Assembly: GCA_013265495.1 (NCBI GenBank)
Contig: MU057640.1
Location: 1,559,303-1,623,302 of the forward strand
Source of the DNA: Vicugna vicugna
Taxonomy: Eukaryota
Length of the DNA: 64,000 bases
Reading direction: 5' to 3'
Part shown: positions 1 to 11,391 of the stretch, one piece after another
How the letters are laid out: the number at the start of each line of letters is the position of its first letter
Position numbering within the stretch: the first letter of the stretch is position 1
Position numbers and translations under genes: made by a program
The notes under the pieces: model-generated
What the model was told of the DNA's origin: nothing
The model's database searches: none
Seen by the model: the letters and a program-made list of their open reading frames with translations, nothing else

Positions 1-2244
1 ACATCTGCTCTTGGCATTAAATATGACAAAACCAGCTACTTCATGCTTACACAATCAGAATGTCAGCACCATCATCTGATCAAACAAATAGTGAATGATT
101 AATGCTTCTTCTTAAATTTCTTTTTAAACACATTAATGGATAAATAGCTAAGCAAATATTACTTGATTCAAATAACCTGCGATCTACAAAGAGAAGTGAG
201 TTCCTTACCTATAAATAATAGTCAACACTCACCTGGACAAGGCGGCATCTGACGGTGTATTTGTAAATATCTACACACAAGACTGACGTGAAGAATCCCG
301 CACCGACAGCAGTCCATGCTGACATAAATCAGGATGCTGACATGACAATCACAGGCATGGCTGGTTTCACATGACAACTTAGTGTTGGCTCTTTCAGTCA
401 GAAAACTCTTCTGTAGAAATGCTCTGAAATCTTGACGACGAGTTATAAGGCAAAGCCAGGCTGACTTATATGCCTCAAATCATTAACTCTATGACATGTA
501 TGAATAACTGATTTACAGATCAAAAGCACTCACATAGCCTACTACATTTGATCCAAATGGAGAGAATATGAAAGAGAAAAAAACTTTTCAAAATATACTG
601 AAGCCATTAAATTTGGTTCCTGTGCACCACACGAAATAGTTCAAAAAACTAACTCGTCAACATGCTTGAGACTACAAATACCCAGTTTAATCAGAAATAG
701 TAGCAAACGCGAGGCAAAACAAATGCTTCTTAAGAAAAAGCATTTCATGTAGCTCATAATGCAAACAAATCTCTATGTTAGGCCCAATTTTTGGATTCAA
801 AAGTTAATATGATCTTGCTAAGAGGGCACAGTTAGAACACAGTGGACTTTATTACCGTGGCTTTCTTCACGGTTCGGCTCATGCCCGTTGTTTATCTATG
901 CAAAGAGCAGCCTGGGAACTGTCCTAGTTTCCTTGAGAGTTACCAACTGAAGCTAATGTTTCCTTCGTGAGAAGGCCACTCTGAAAGGGTACCATGAACC
1001 TAGCCAGCTTCTCTGGCTATTTACACAGACATAAGCCAACGTGCAGCACGGGCAGCGCTAGCTTTGGGATGGGATCTGCGTATCCTCCAGTGTCTCTCCA
1101 CAGTCCTCACTGTGTTCATCTGCTCAGCTCAAAATAAAGGGCAGCCTTTCCCCCCAGGTAAGTAGCAAGTTTAAAATGAGTTTACTTGTACATATTAATG
1201 GACAGCAGCCCAAGTACCAGAGTGGGGCTCCCTTTAGGGGTACATTAGCTTTTTCCTGTCACCCCTGAAGCACAGCACCTTGGACATACACCCAGTACGT
1301 GAAACCCCTCCTCTTCTCCCAAAGCACTCCACACACATCTCAAGACGGACCGAATCATCAGTTTGTTTCCAGTGTTGCCTATTTCGTCTCAAGACATTTG
1401 TAAGGACTTATGAGAACGACCATTCAGAACATTTACTAGAGAACCACCGTATGTTCCCCCACATACCACCCCCAAGTACGTGACTGTGAAAATCTTTCTT
1501 AACTTCCTCTTTAAAATGAGGCTGTTGCGAGAAATGCAATGTGCGCAGCAAGGCTAGCACGAAGTCCACACCCAAAACACATACCACCACCAAAACAACA
1601 CTGATTGCTGAAAATCCCCTTAGCTTTCGATGACGGTTCTGCAATGCCGGGGAGAGACCTTAAATACCAGGAATAAGGGAGGACCCTGGGAGAACTAAAA
1701 ACTGATAGCAATTTTGAGCCTTATACTATGTCTACTAAAAACAATGCCTTAGGCCAGGTTAAAGAGCTGAATCAGTTTGAGTCTTTCACTTCAGCTTCTT
1801 GCTGCCATATGATTATGCACCTTGACTCAACAGGCAAAGCCCACCGGGCCAGCTTCCGAGAATATCTGTATATAAACGCAACACTTCTACCTGATAAAGT
1901 ACACATACGGCAAGGCTGCGGTCTTGTTCCACACTTCATACCACTGGTCTCACTAACAGGCATGCACCCAGTTACCAAAAGAATATCTATTTGTCAACAG
2001 CAATATTTATATGACAACAGTGCAGGTATATCTCAAAAAAGGTTTTGACCAAAATGCTATATCCAGATAGGACCTAACTAATCTTCACCGTGATCATGTT
2101 CAAAATGTTTTAAAATTCTAAATCAAATTTACTATTACATATAACACCTAGAGTGCCAAATCCTCAGCTTGCCAAAACCCTCATTTATACAATGGAGGTA
2201 ATCTCTCTTAAAGACTGAATGTCAATAAAGCAGCACGTGAAAAA

Positions 2245-2460
2245 ATTAATTCAAGATGGATCACGGACCTAAATATAAAAGCCAACACCATAAAGCTTTC
2301 AGAAGAAAACAGAGGAGAATATTTTCAGGACTTGGGAGGCAGGGAAAGGCTGGGGAGAAATCAATGCAAAATATAAACCTAAAGCAAAGAGGATTGCTAT
2401 CTAGGCCATATAAGGAGCCCCTACAACTCAGTAATAAAATGTTCACTGCAGCTTATATAT
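2245..2460 (+). mobile_element. Old L1 ORF2 fragment (L1M-type), degraded
   Basis: 'aattcaagatggatcacggacctaaatataaaagccaacaccataaagctttcagaagaaaac' resembles the L1 ORF2 3' region; no intact frame. Confidence 0.7.
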
Positions 2461-3242
2461 AAGACCCTGTTCTGGAGGGGGCGGATCAATAGAGGAAGAG
2501 GAGATGCTGGAAACTTCTCTCCTACGAGGAGTTAAGAGCTGGCAGGGGGAGGACAGTGGACCGCCTAGCAGACTGCTTGAGGAAGAAGACAGGAAATAAA
2601 AATCAGATAGATGCCAGGCCAGTTTGGGCTATTTAAAAATTTACCTTTCACAGTGCCAGTAAGTCTACGTTTAAAAGAAATATGGATATAAGGTGGCAGT
2701 TTTGTTATCCTATTAAGTTGATTTCAAAAAACTTCTACCCAAATTTAATGCTGGAAGCATTCATTCTTATTTGGGTTTATTCAATTCTCCAGATCAAGAA
2801 AAATAGATTTGAACAGAAAATATATTTTAGTAAAATAAAAAACTGGATTCATATCATATCACATTTAGACATTTTGTTTTCTCTAAAAATAAACCTAAAT
2901 TCTTCTACAATATGCCCAGAAAATAAGGATACAAAGTGATATAAACTGGCACAGAGTTGCCAATAATTATTAAAGTTTTTCAGCCATAATTCCTGAGCTG
3001 TGATTCTACATAATTGTACATTTGGTTCTGTCTAGACATGTTATTCAGTTGGATTCGTAAAGCATACCACCCAACCCCACAAGTGCTGGCAGACTAACGT
3101 ATAATGAACAGTTGCCCACTGCAGAATTATAGGAAGTGAAATTGATAGTTTTGTTTTTAACATGTAGATGTTAACTACTTGTAACAGTGAGTTTTTTGAC
3201 ATTTGTTGCAAGCTTTTCAGGTGCAAATCTAAACATAGGATG

Positions 3243-3417
3243 AACAAGTTTCTACTATACACAGCACAGGGAATTATATTCAATATCTTACAGTAACCTA
3301 TAACGAAAAAGAATATGAAAATGAATAGATGTTCATGCATGACTGAAACATTATGCTGTACACCAGAAATTGACATAACATTGTAAACTGACTAGACGTC
3401 AATAAAAACAAACAAAC
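3243..3417 (+). mobile_element. 5'-truncated L1 3' end (cetartiodactyl/camelid type)
   Basis: 'acagcacagggaattatattcaatatc...tgctgtacaccagaaattgac...aataaaaacaaacaaac' tail. Degenerate TSD aaacataggatgaa (3231-3244) / aaatgcaggatgaa (3418-3431). The same 3' end recurs many times in the window. Confidence 0.85.
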
Positions 3418-3944
3418 AAATGCAGGATGAATGACAGGTCACTTAATATGGACTCAGTTTCTCATTTATTCACCCTTCTCTTTGCTATTTGACCCAGAGT
3501 GTGAAAGGGCTGCTCTGTGGCTCTCCACGCACTGCGACCTTGCACAGCGACACCACGCAACAACAATCGAAGATGCTGCTGTGCACGAATTAGTAAGACA
3601 AAAGCCTAAACGCCAGTTTTGTCTCACAAGATTGCTAGAACCTGTTTAGACTGAGCTGCCAATCAGAAAAAGATACCACATGTGAAAACAAAGTAATTTA
3701 CATTTTTCCTTTTAGCTGTTAAAACAAAAATGATTTGTAAGTATCATGAACACAGCAGTAGATGAAAAGAGTTTTTTGATCATGGGAACTAAGATGTCAA
3801 ACCAACAAAAAACTGCTACATAAAGGACTTGTGACAACAAAAATATGCTATTTTAAGCTAAAACAAGAGCACATTCTACCTCCCTGGTACACGAGGGGAG
3901 AAGCATAAATACACAGATAAAACAGGGAAGAACAATTCAACATG

Positions 3945-4160
3945 GTGGCTCAGGCATCAACGGCAGACAGATGTGAGTCCATCACAGCTCAGCCATTTAT
4001 GACTTAACGTGACCTACAGAACTCATTCATCCTTATTAGTAACTGTCAACATCTCACAGTGTGAATGTGAAAGTTGAATGAAGTAACAGAAGCAAAAGTC
4101 TTTTGCAAAGTTCTGAGTACAAATTAAATACTCAATAATGGTAACTGGTATTATCATTAT
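3945..4160 (+). mobile_element. MIR SINE relic
   Basis: Degenerate MIR-like core ending 'actcaataatggtaactggtattatcattat'. Confidence 0.55.
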
Positions 4161-5639
4161 AGCTAACTTCAAATTTCTTCAATAAGGATTTGGAATTACT
4201 AAAAGGCCATAATGTAAAAGAACCCAATTCAATCACACACACAAAAACACACCAATGAAAGATTTCCAGTTCAGGAATTTGATCTCATGATCCCAACAAC
4301 TTTGTGGAAATCAACAGAATTTTAAATTTTAAACTAGCAATATAAGCAGTGGGAATTAAGGCCTTCTCCTTCCTTCTTCCTGGTCCAAATAATTTAAGAA
4401 AAGGAATGAGGGGGAAAAATGTAAAAGATCATTCGGAGTCAACTATCGTAAACAATCAATCACTTGACCAAACAATGGCACACATACAATCATAGCCAAA
4501 GGATAAAGCCAAAAGACTTCCCCATAGAGCCACCAGTCTACATAGTCAGTTCCTCTTAGCTGTAAACCAACTGGTTGCAGTTACAGTATGATCTTCTGGG
4601 CCAGGCTGCAACTAACCAACAAGTATCCGTGGATGACAAAAATACATACTTGGGAAAAGGGCATGAAGTTCTATCTCATGCACTCCTGCATTTGTGCATT
4701 AGCTCTTGAAGGACCTATCAAGTTCCTAACTCTGTGCCAGACTCTGTCAAATATTAGTATGGTAAGAAGGTTAATCCTTGCAGGAAGAAAAGCATCCTTG
4801 AAAAGTATAAAGAAGATGTGGCATAGGAGTCCTGTCTCACACAGCTCCTGCTTCCCGTCCTCCACAGTAAAAGAGCAGGTAAAGGGAGTAAAAGGAGGGC
4901 CACTAAGTAGACAAGGCCAGTGCTACCGGGGGGCTTTGAGCTTCACCCTAAACCCTGTGGCTTTGCAACACAGACCATTTTATTGGTAATAGGTAAGTTC
5001 CTGTTTAAATTATTTACAGCACTCATTTGATCAGCATAATTATTCAGTATTAAAAAGATAAACTCTATCATGCCTTTAAGTATCCATACTCCAGCCATCC
5101 TTCAAAGAGCATTCCAAGACCACCTTCTCTAGAAACTGTTTCTCAACAAGCTGTTGCTGTAAGTTGTGTCTTGTTGCCACGAACTCCTCTAACACTTTGC
5201 CTGTGCCTGCCTCTCACCAGTTTTTCCCTCTCCATCTCATGTTAAAACTATATTCCCATACGTCTTAGATCTCCACAACTCAGGCCCCTCAGAGCGGGTT
5301 CACGTATGACTTACCCAGGACAGAACCCTACAAGGGCTGCGGGTTCAAAAATCAACGTCAATAAATGCGTGCTTTTTTTCTTTTAAGGTTGAAGTTCAGC
5401 CAAAAATTTCTCTAACTTCATCACTGCTGCTGGTAGTACTACATTTACTGATAGGTGCATCTTTAACCAGGATGCTTGCTTGAAAACCTTTACACAATAG
5501 TATAAGAAAGGATGAAGCTAGAAGAACAACTCTCTCCATAAAACACCCTACTTGGCCTTCATCTGAGATGCAACCACTACCACCGCATTCTATTACCAGT
5601 GCCCCAGGACACCTGAAGAGTTGACAGAGAAATATTGAG

Positions 5640-5870
5640 TCTAAGGCCCTAAATTCCGTAATTTTCCATCAGGATAATCATTACATCAGAGTTAAGGGAA
5701 TTTCCACCTACTCATTATGTGGCCTCCTTTAATCTTTTTCAACTTCAACTTCCTCATACATAAAATGGGTATGACATTACCTATCTGATGGTATTGATGA
5801 GGAATAAATAAGAAAATATAAATGACAAAGCTCAGCACCATGCCTGGGTACACGGGACTTGCTCAGTCTC
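5640..5870 (+). mobile_element. MIR SINE relic
   Basis: 'cttcctcatacataaaatgggtatgacattacctatctgatggtattgatgaggaataaataagaaaat...aaagctcagcaccatgcctgg' matches the MIR core. Confidence 0.7.
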
Positions 5871-6599
5871 CATGATATTTCAAGATGGCAAACTGAAGGT
5901 CGACCATAAAGTCGCCCTGTTCAAAGACCAACAGTTTGCCAGCTCAGGGATCTCTTAGTTTCATTTCATAATCAAAGAAAATTTAATATTAAACGCTAGG
6001 AACTGGGCTCCAGGATTACAAATTCTCCTACAAAAATTCCATGGGGCAATTAAATTCAGACTTAAGTCTCATATGTACTTTCTACATGCATTAGATTTAC
6101 TTGTAATTTTCTACTGCAGAGTAAGATTCTTTTCAAAGTTATTTTGAATAAAACAGGAAATAAGTCGTTCTTGATATACTAGCCTTAAAAAAAAAAAAAT
6201 CACTACACTAAAGCCAGAAAGTTTTTCCTTTTGATTTCTTAAGCTGAATTCTCTGACCAACATTTTAATCAGTCACAATGTAAAATGGATAGATAACTTG
6301 AAATATTTCACTATTTCAAATATTCATTTAATACAGAATAAAAAGTTACATTACACTGGATCATCAAGCAACAAAATATGGGTGCATCACAAGCTGTGTC
6401 TATTAGTGACTGCCCCACTTAAATGACACAGAAGAATCAAGGTTGGCTCTTGTAATCTGAGAACCTGGAACATGGAGCATAATACATCCTCAATGCCAAG
6501 AGATAATAGTTTCTGTTAATATTGATGTAAAGTTGAATTAGTACAAGATCTAATAACATAAAACTTCCTCAAAAGGGAAGGTCTTCGGGTCAAAGGGCA

Positions 6600-7320
6600 A
6601 ATTCTCACTAGTCACCAAGAAAAAGCAACCTATAAAACAATGGATACCACTCCATACCCAAGAGAATAACTAAAAATCAGTGTTGGTGAAGATGTGGAGC
6701 CACTGAACTCCTGAATACTGTCAGTGACAGTGAACTGGTACAACTACTTTAGTAGAAGCTTCTAGATTATCTACCAAAGCTGAACAGACACATATCCAAC
6801 CTCAGTAATCCCATTCCTAGGTATAGACACCCAACAGAAATGGACACATGTGCCCAAAACACGAATCGAGAATGCTCATAGCAACATCAGTTAGAATAGC
6901 CAAAAACTGCAAAAAAAAAAAATTTGTTCAGTAGTAGAGGAAATAAACAATAATAAATTGCACTATAGCTGCATGATGGAATAATTCACGTTGGGAAGGG
7001 GCCTGTTATAATCACAAACATAATACTGACCAAAAAAAGCCAGACCAAGAACATACTATAGCATTCCATTTCTATAAAGTTCAAAACCAGACAAAACTAA
7101 TCCATGGTGACGAAAGTCAGGATAATGATTACCTTTGGTAGTACTGGCGGGTGGGGAAGGGTAGTGAAATGGGAGGGAACATGAAGGAGCTTATGGAATG
7201 TTGGTAATACTCTCCTTTTTAATTTAGGTGATATTTACACATGTGTGTTATTTACAAAAATTTATCAAAGATGAAAACTTAGGATCTCTGCTTTTCTAAA
7301 CACATCATACACTTTGCTTT
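6600..7320 (+). mobile_element. Old L1 (L1ME/L1MC-like) ORF2 end and 3' UTR
   Basis: 'agtgttggtgaagatgtggagccactgaactcc...cccattcctaggtata...attccatttctataaagttcaaaaccagacaaaactaatccatggtg'. Confidence 0.8.
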
Positions 7321-7399
7321 TCTACTTATAGGAAAAAACATTAAGGTACTTATGACTGCATGTGTGTATATATTTTATGGAAGTATGTAAGTACATAAA

Positions 7400-7730
7400 T
7401 ATATTTGGAAGAACAGAGTAGATATTCTTCATTAAATTGGCACTATGTACAACTCCTAGCATACATTTTTTCTCTTATTATACTGTGACTATTTTCCCTT
7501 CTCTCAAATATTTCAGAATAAAAACTTTTTATGGCTGCATTGTTAGATGCAGTATTGGATACAGCCATAAATCACTGCACATTATTTCCAAATTTCTGCC
7601 TTCATAAGCAATGTTGCAATGAACGAATACCATGGTACAGAGGTATTTGCACATGTCTCTATTTCATTAAAATACATTCCTAGAAATCAATTTCCAGGGC
7701 CAAAGCATACACTTAAAATGCTAAAAGTGT
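7400..7730 (-). mobile_element. Old L1 fragment, antisense
   Basis: 'tttttatggctgcattg...caatgttgcaatgaac...aaatacattcctagaaat' is the reverse complement of L1 3' ORF2/UTR. Confidence 0.6.
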
Positions 7731-8749
7731 ACAATAAACCCTAGGCATTTTTTCATCAACATTGTTTAAGATGTTTTAGTAGTAATTACCTAAGTGAACA
7801 TTTAACTACATGGAAAACTTGGATACCTAACAAAGTTTTGCTTAATAATAGACTTCTCTTCTTACAAAGATTTTAGAGCATTTTACACAAACAGGTACAG
7901 AGCCTTAGAGGAAATACTCCATAGCTATAAACGGACACCCTGAGAAATAAACTAAATCTATGACATCAGTGCAAGGGTGATCAAAAATTCAATAAAGCCT
8001 CAAAACAGAAATACAACAGAATATAAAACCAAATTTAAAACTATATATACGTATTTTTATGTTACAGAAAATATATATAAGGATATTTAACAAAATGTTA
8101 CAGTTGATTTCTGGGTTTAGGAGTTAGGTAATTGTTACTTTATTTTTTAAGTTTTCTTTTATTGTTTACATTATTTACAGTAAACATATATCATTTTTAA
8201 GATTAAAAAGTTGGCCAGAAAACCTGAAAGAAAGTCTTCTGTTAAAAAATAAGATAATAGATGCTTTCTTCTCTGTTCACAAAATAAGTTAAATTGATGG
8301 GTGAGAATTTTCTCAGTTTTAAGATTTTTCTCCCACATATTTTTCATCAGTCTTCTGGCATCTGCCACAGGGTTTCTGTGAGCAAATACCAACAGAGCAC
8401 ACACAGCAGAACAAGTAAAGAAAGAACAGAAGCAGGAACTTGCACCCCACCCCCTGTTTATTTGAGACGCCCCACCTTCAAATCCAAGGCAGCGGTTGTG
8501 ACTTTACATTACACACGTGGTCATTTTCTGCTAGTAAAATCGTTCTTAGTTCCTAAGATGAAATTTAGTATACTGATTTTTCATGGCTCTCTATTAAAAT
8601 CACCATGACCTCCAGGTGCTCTATGTCTGAGCAAAAGTGAGGACCTGGACTTTCCACTTCCCATTCTCTCAACCACCCTTCTCAAGAGAACTGAAGTCAC
8701 TTCATCTGTTTGAAGAGAAAAACGAAAGCCAAGTGGGGCTTGCTCTCCC

Positions 8750-9030
8750 AGCCAATCAAGTCATCCACACTGAACTACGGAATTCAAACCAGAATTAGCA
8801 TCTGAATTTCCTAATCCCTGCCTTCCAGGTCCTGTCTGGCTTATTAATGGCAATTAAAAACAGAGCCTTAGCAAACCAAAGAAGATCAAAACACTAGGAT
8901 CAAAACAGCGGCAGCCTTTCTGGTGTCCCTTTGACTTCAACCCCCTTGAAAGCCGCTCCCAGTCTTGAGTCAACCAGGAACTCTCCCACTTTGGAAGAAA
9001 CTCGCTGACTCAGTAAACATCCCACCAATC
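8750..9030. promoter_or_regulatory. Candidate enhancer (AP-1, forkhead and CCAAT motif cluster)
   Basis: TGAGTCA 8966-8972; TGACTCA 9006-9012 abutting GTAAACA 9013-9019; CCAAT at 8752 and 9025; non-repeat DNA. Confidence 0.3.
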
Positions 9031-9764
9031 GTAATGGCCTCAGTCCCCGAGCCTAACTTCAAAAGAGAGAAAACTAAGAGAGTAAATAGCTACATTTACA
9101 CTGCTGTCACTTTATTTTTTTTTAACAATTGGATTTGAAAGGCAGGCTACTATGAGTCTCTTGGCTACAGCTGAAGGGAAACAACATCCTAACACAAAAA
9201 CATCTCCAGCTTTCCCTAATTCCACTTCAGCCGATTTCAGAAAGTTCTCTTTATCTCAACTTGAAAGGCCCTGTTATGCTTGTCGTAAATGTCAGGATCT
9301 TCAGAACACAGAATTCTAGTGGCTGGGGTTAGCACAAAGGCTACTTTTAGGTGTGTCACTGCCTCAGAGCACAGCCAGCCCCACAGGTTCAGTGTATCAC
9401 CAACCTACCCAGATGAAGCATGACGACCGATTAACCAGGTGATTAACGAGATGCTACAGTGCATTCTATCAGACCCTAAGACTCAGAATACAGCTACACA
9501 TACATTCAAGGGGTACCCAGCGGTAACAGGAACACAGCACCAGCTGCAGACCAGGCCCTGGGGTAAAGGCAACCAGCAAGACCAATGCACTGTTCTCAGG
9601 GAGCTCAGTGGCCACTGAAGATGATGACATACACGCAGGAATTACAACTGGATACACGCTATGATCATCAGAATCACTATCATTTACTGAGAGCTTAGTG
9701 CCTGCTTAGAATTGTTCAGATTTTCATTTCAGATCCTTGGTGACCCTATGATGTAAGTGTTAAA

Positions 9765-9930
9765 AACCTTGGGCAAGTTACTTCTCCTGTCTGTGCCTCA
9801 GTTTCTTCATCTCTAAGAAGAGGCTAATGCCAACCCTCCAGGACTGAGATGAGGGTCAGTACATGCAAAGCACTTAGGACACTGGCACGTGGCAATTGAT
9901 GGATAAAAGTCAGCTCTTACTACTATTATA
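9765..9930 (+). mobile_element. MIR SINE
   Basis: 'accttgggcaagttacttctcctgtctgtgcctcagtttcttcatctctaag...aaagcacttag'. Confidence 0.8.
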
Positions 9931-11257
9931 ATCATTGGTGTGGCTGGTGTTATTACCACTGGAAAGACAACGCAGGAAAGTCAAATTAAAATGAAACAAA
10001 GGGAAGACAAAGAAGACCAGCAGCCACCATGTAGCAGCCAAAGGGCATTAGACAAGGTCCTCCAGTTTCATCTGTAAAATGGGATGACGCCACCTGCTCC
10101 ATCCTCCTCCTCCTCACAGGAGTGTCTGGAGACCACAGGAAAGCACCCCCAGCCTTATAACACAAAGCTAACATCAGACATTGTCACTGACCAGGGGGCC
10201 TCCACAAACCCTGGAAAGCAATGAACATCCACAGCGATTCCTAAGTCAAACAACTATGGGCATTAAATGAGTACCCTGACAACAACAACAGCAAAAACCA
10301 TGAGTGTTTTTTTTTTTAATCCCACAATAGCTGGATAAAAAGTAAAGGCACGGTGAACTCTCCACTACCTAGCGACACCGAATCTCCCTGGAGCCTGGCA
10401 CTAGCATAAAGATCAGAACTCTGAGGAAGGCGTTTGACACCATTTCAAAGGCAACCCCAAGTATTAAGAAACCGGACCGCATCGAGGTACTGCAGGCTTG
10501 TTCTGAGCACCAGCAGCAAACGGAGTACAGCAGACCTAAACCGCGCTTTATTTCAGCTATGCACATTGGAACAAAGTGATTTTCAAGCTTTAGTCTTTAT
10601 TATGTCTTACAAAGTTCCCTGTCACTACAGTACTAATGTGAAAGTTACATTAGAAGGTAAAGTTTCCAATTCAGGCTTCCACAACTGCAAACACAAAAGC
10701 CTCCGGCACTATTTTAATCTCGCGGTCAGTGTTGTAAGATCACAGACACAGGACAGACAACACCTGCCCTGTGACATTTTCTGAATAGACAGCAACCCTC
10801 TTTATCTGCAGGGTCAGCTCATTAACTGGCAGTGTGCTTCCAAATATTGTTTGCATATTTCAGTAATTGTCCTTAATAAAATACTATTAGAAACACAAAT
10901 GAGGGTTTCTTTTTTGATCCTTGTTCTTTTCCAAATTAGCTAAAATTACCATATATTTCTTACCTAAGCAGCAAAAAAGAATCATTCTCAAAGTAAATTA
11001 AGAGGCATGGAAAACGGTTTGATTTTAATTGACAATTCTGTTAAGTTATGTCTAACATGACTTACTTTGTTTGGTACAACTACTACAGTAACTGGGAGGG
11101 GAAAAGTATTTTGCAATAGCAATCCAGGTAAGGAATGTTTGTCATACGACTTTTACAATCAGTAAATGTTAAAGATCATCACACTATTCAGAGTGTGTTA
11201 CACTTCAGTAAGAGCAGTATTAGTATCAAATTCATATCTCCGTATAGCACACATGCA

Positions 11258-11391
11258 TTTTTTTATTGAAGCACAGTTTACGGTGTTGTTAGTTTCTGGT
11301 GTACAGCACAGTGATTCAGTTACACATATATATTCCTTTTCATATCCTTTTTCATTACAAGCTATTACAAGGTATTGAATATAGTTCCCTG
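11258..11391 (-). mobile_element. 5'-truncated L1 3' end
   Basis: T-run followed by 'attgaagcacagttta...ttagtttctggtgtacagcacagtgattcag'. TSD acacatgcattt (11249-11260) / acatgtgcattt (11392-11403). Confidence 0.85.

Noticed and set aside
1143..1163. Plus-strand cctttccccccag|gtaagt recursive-splice-like motif
   Set aside because: It lies in MIR-like sequence and on the strand inferred not to be transcribed.
10186..10203. CTCF-like tgaccagggggcct
   Set aside because: Four mismatches to the core, including the leading CC.
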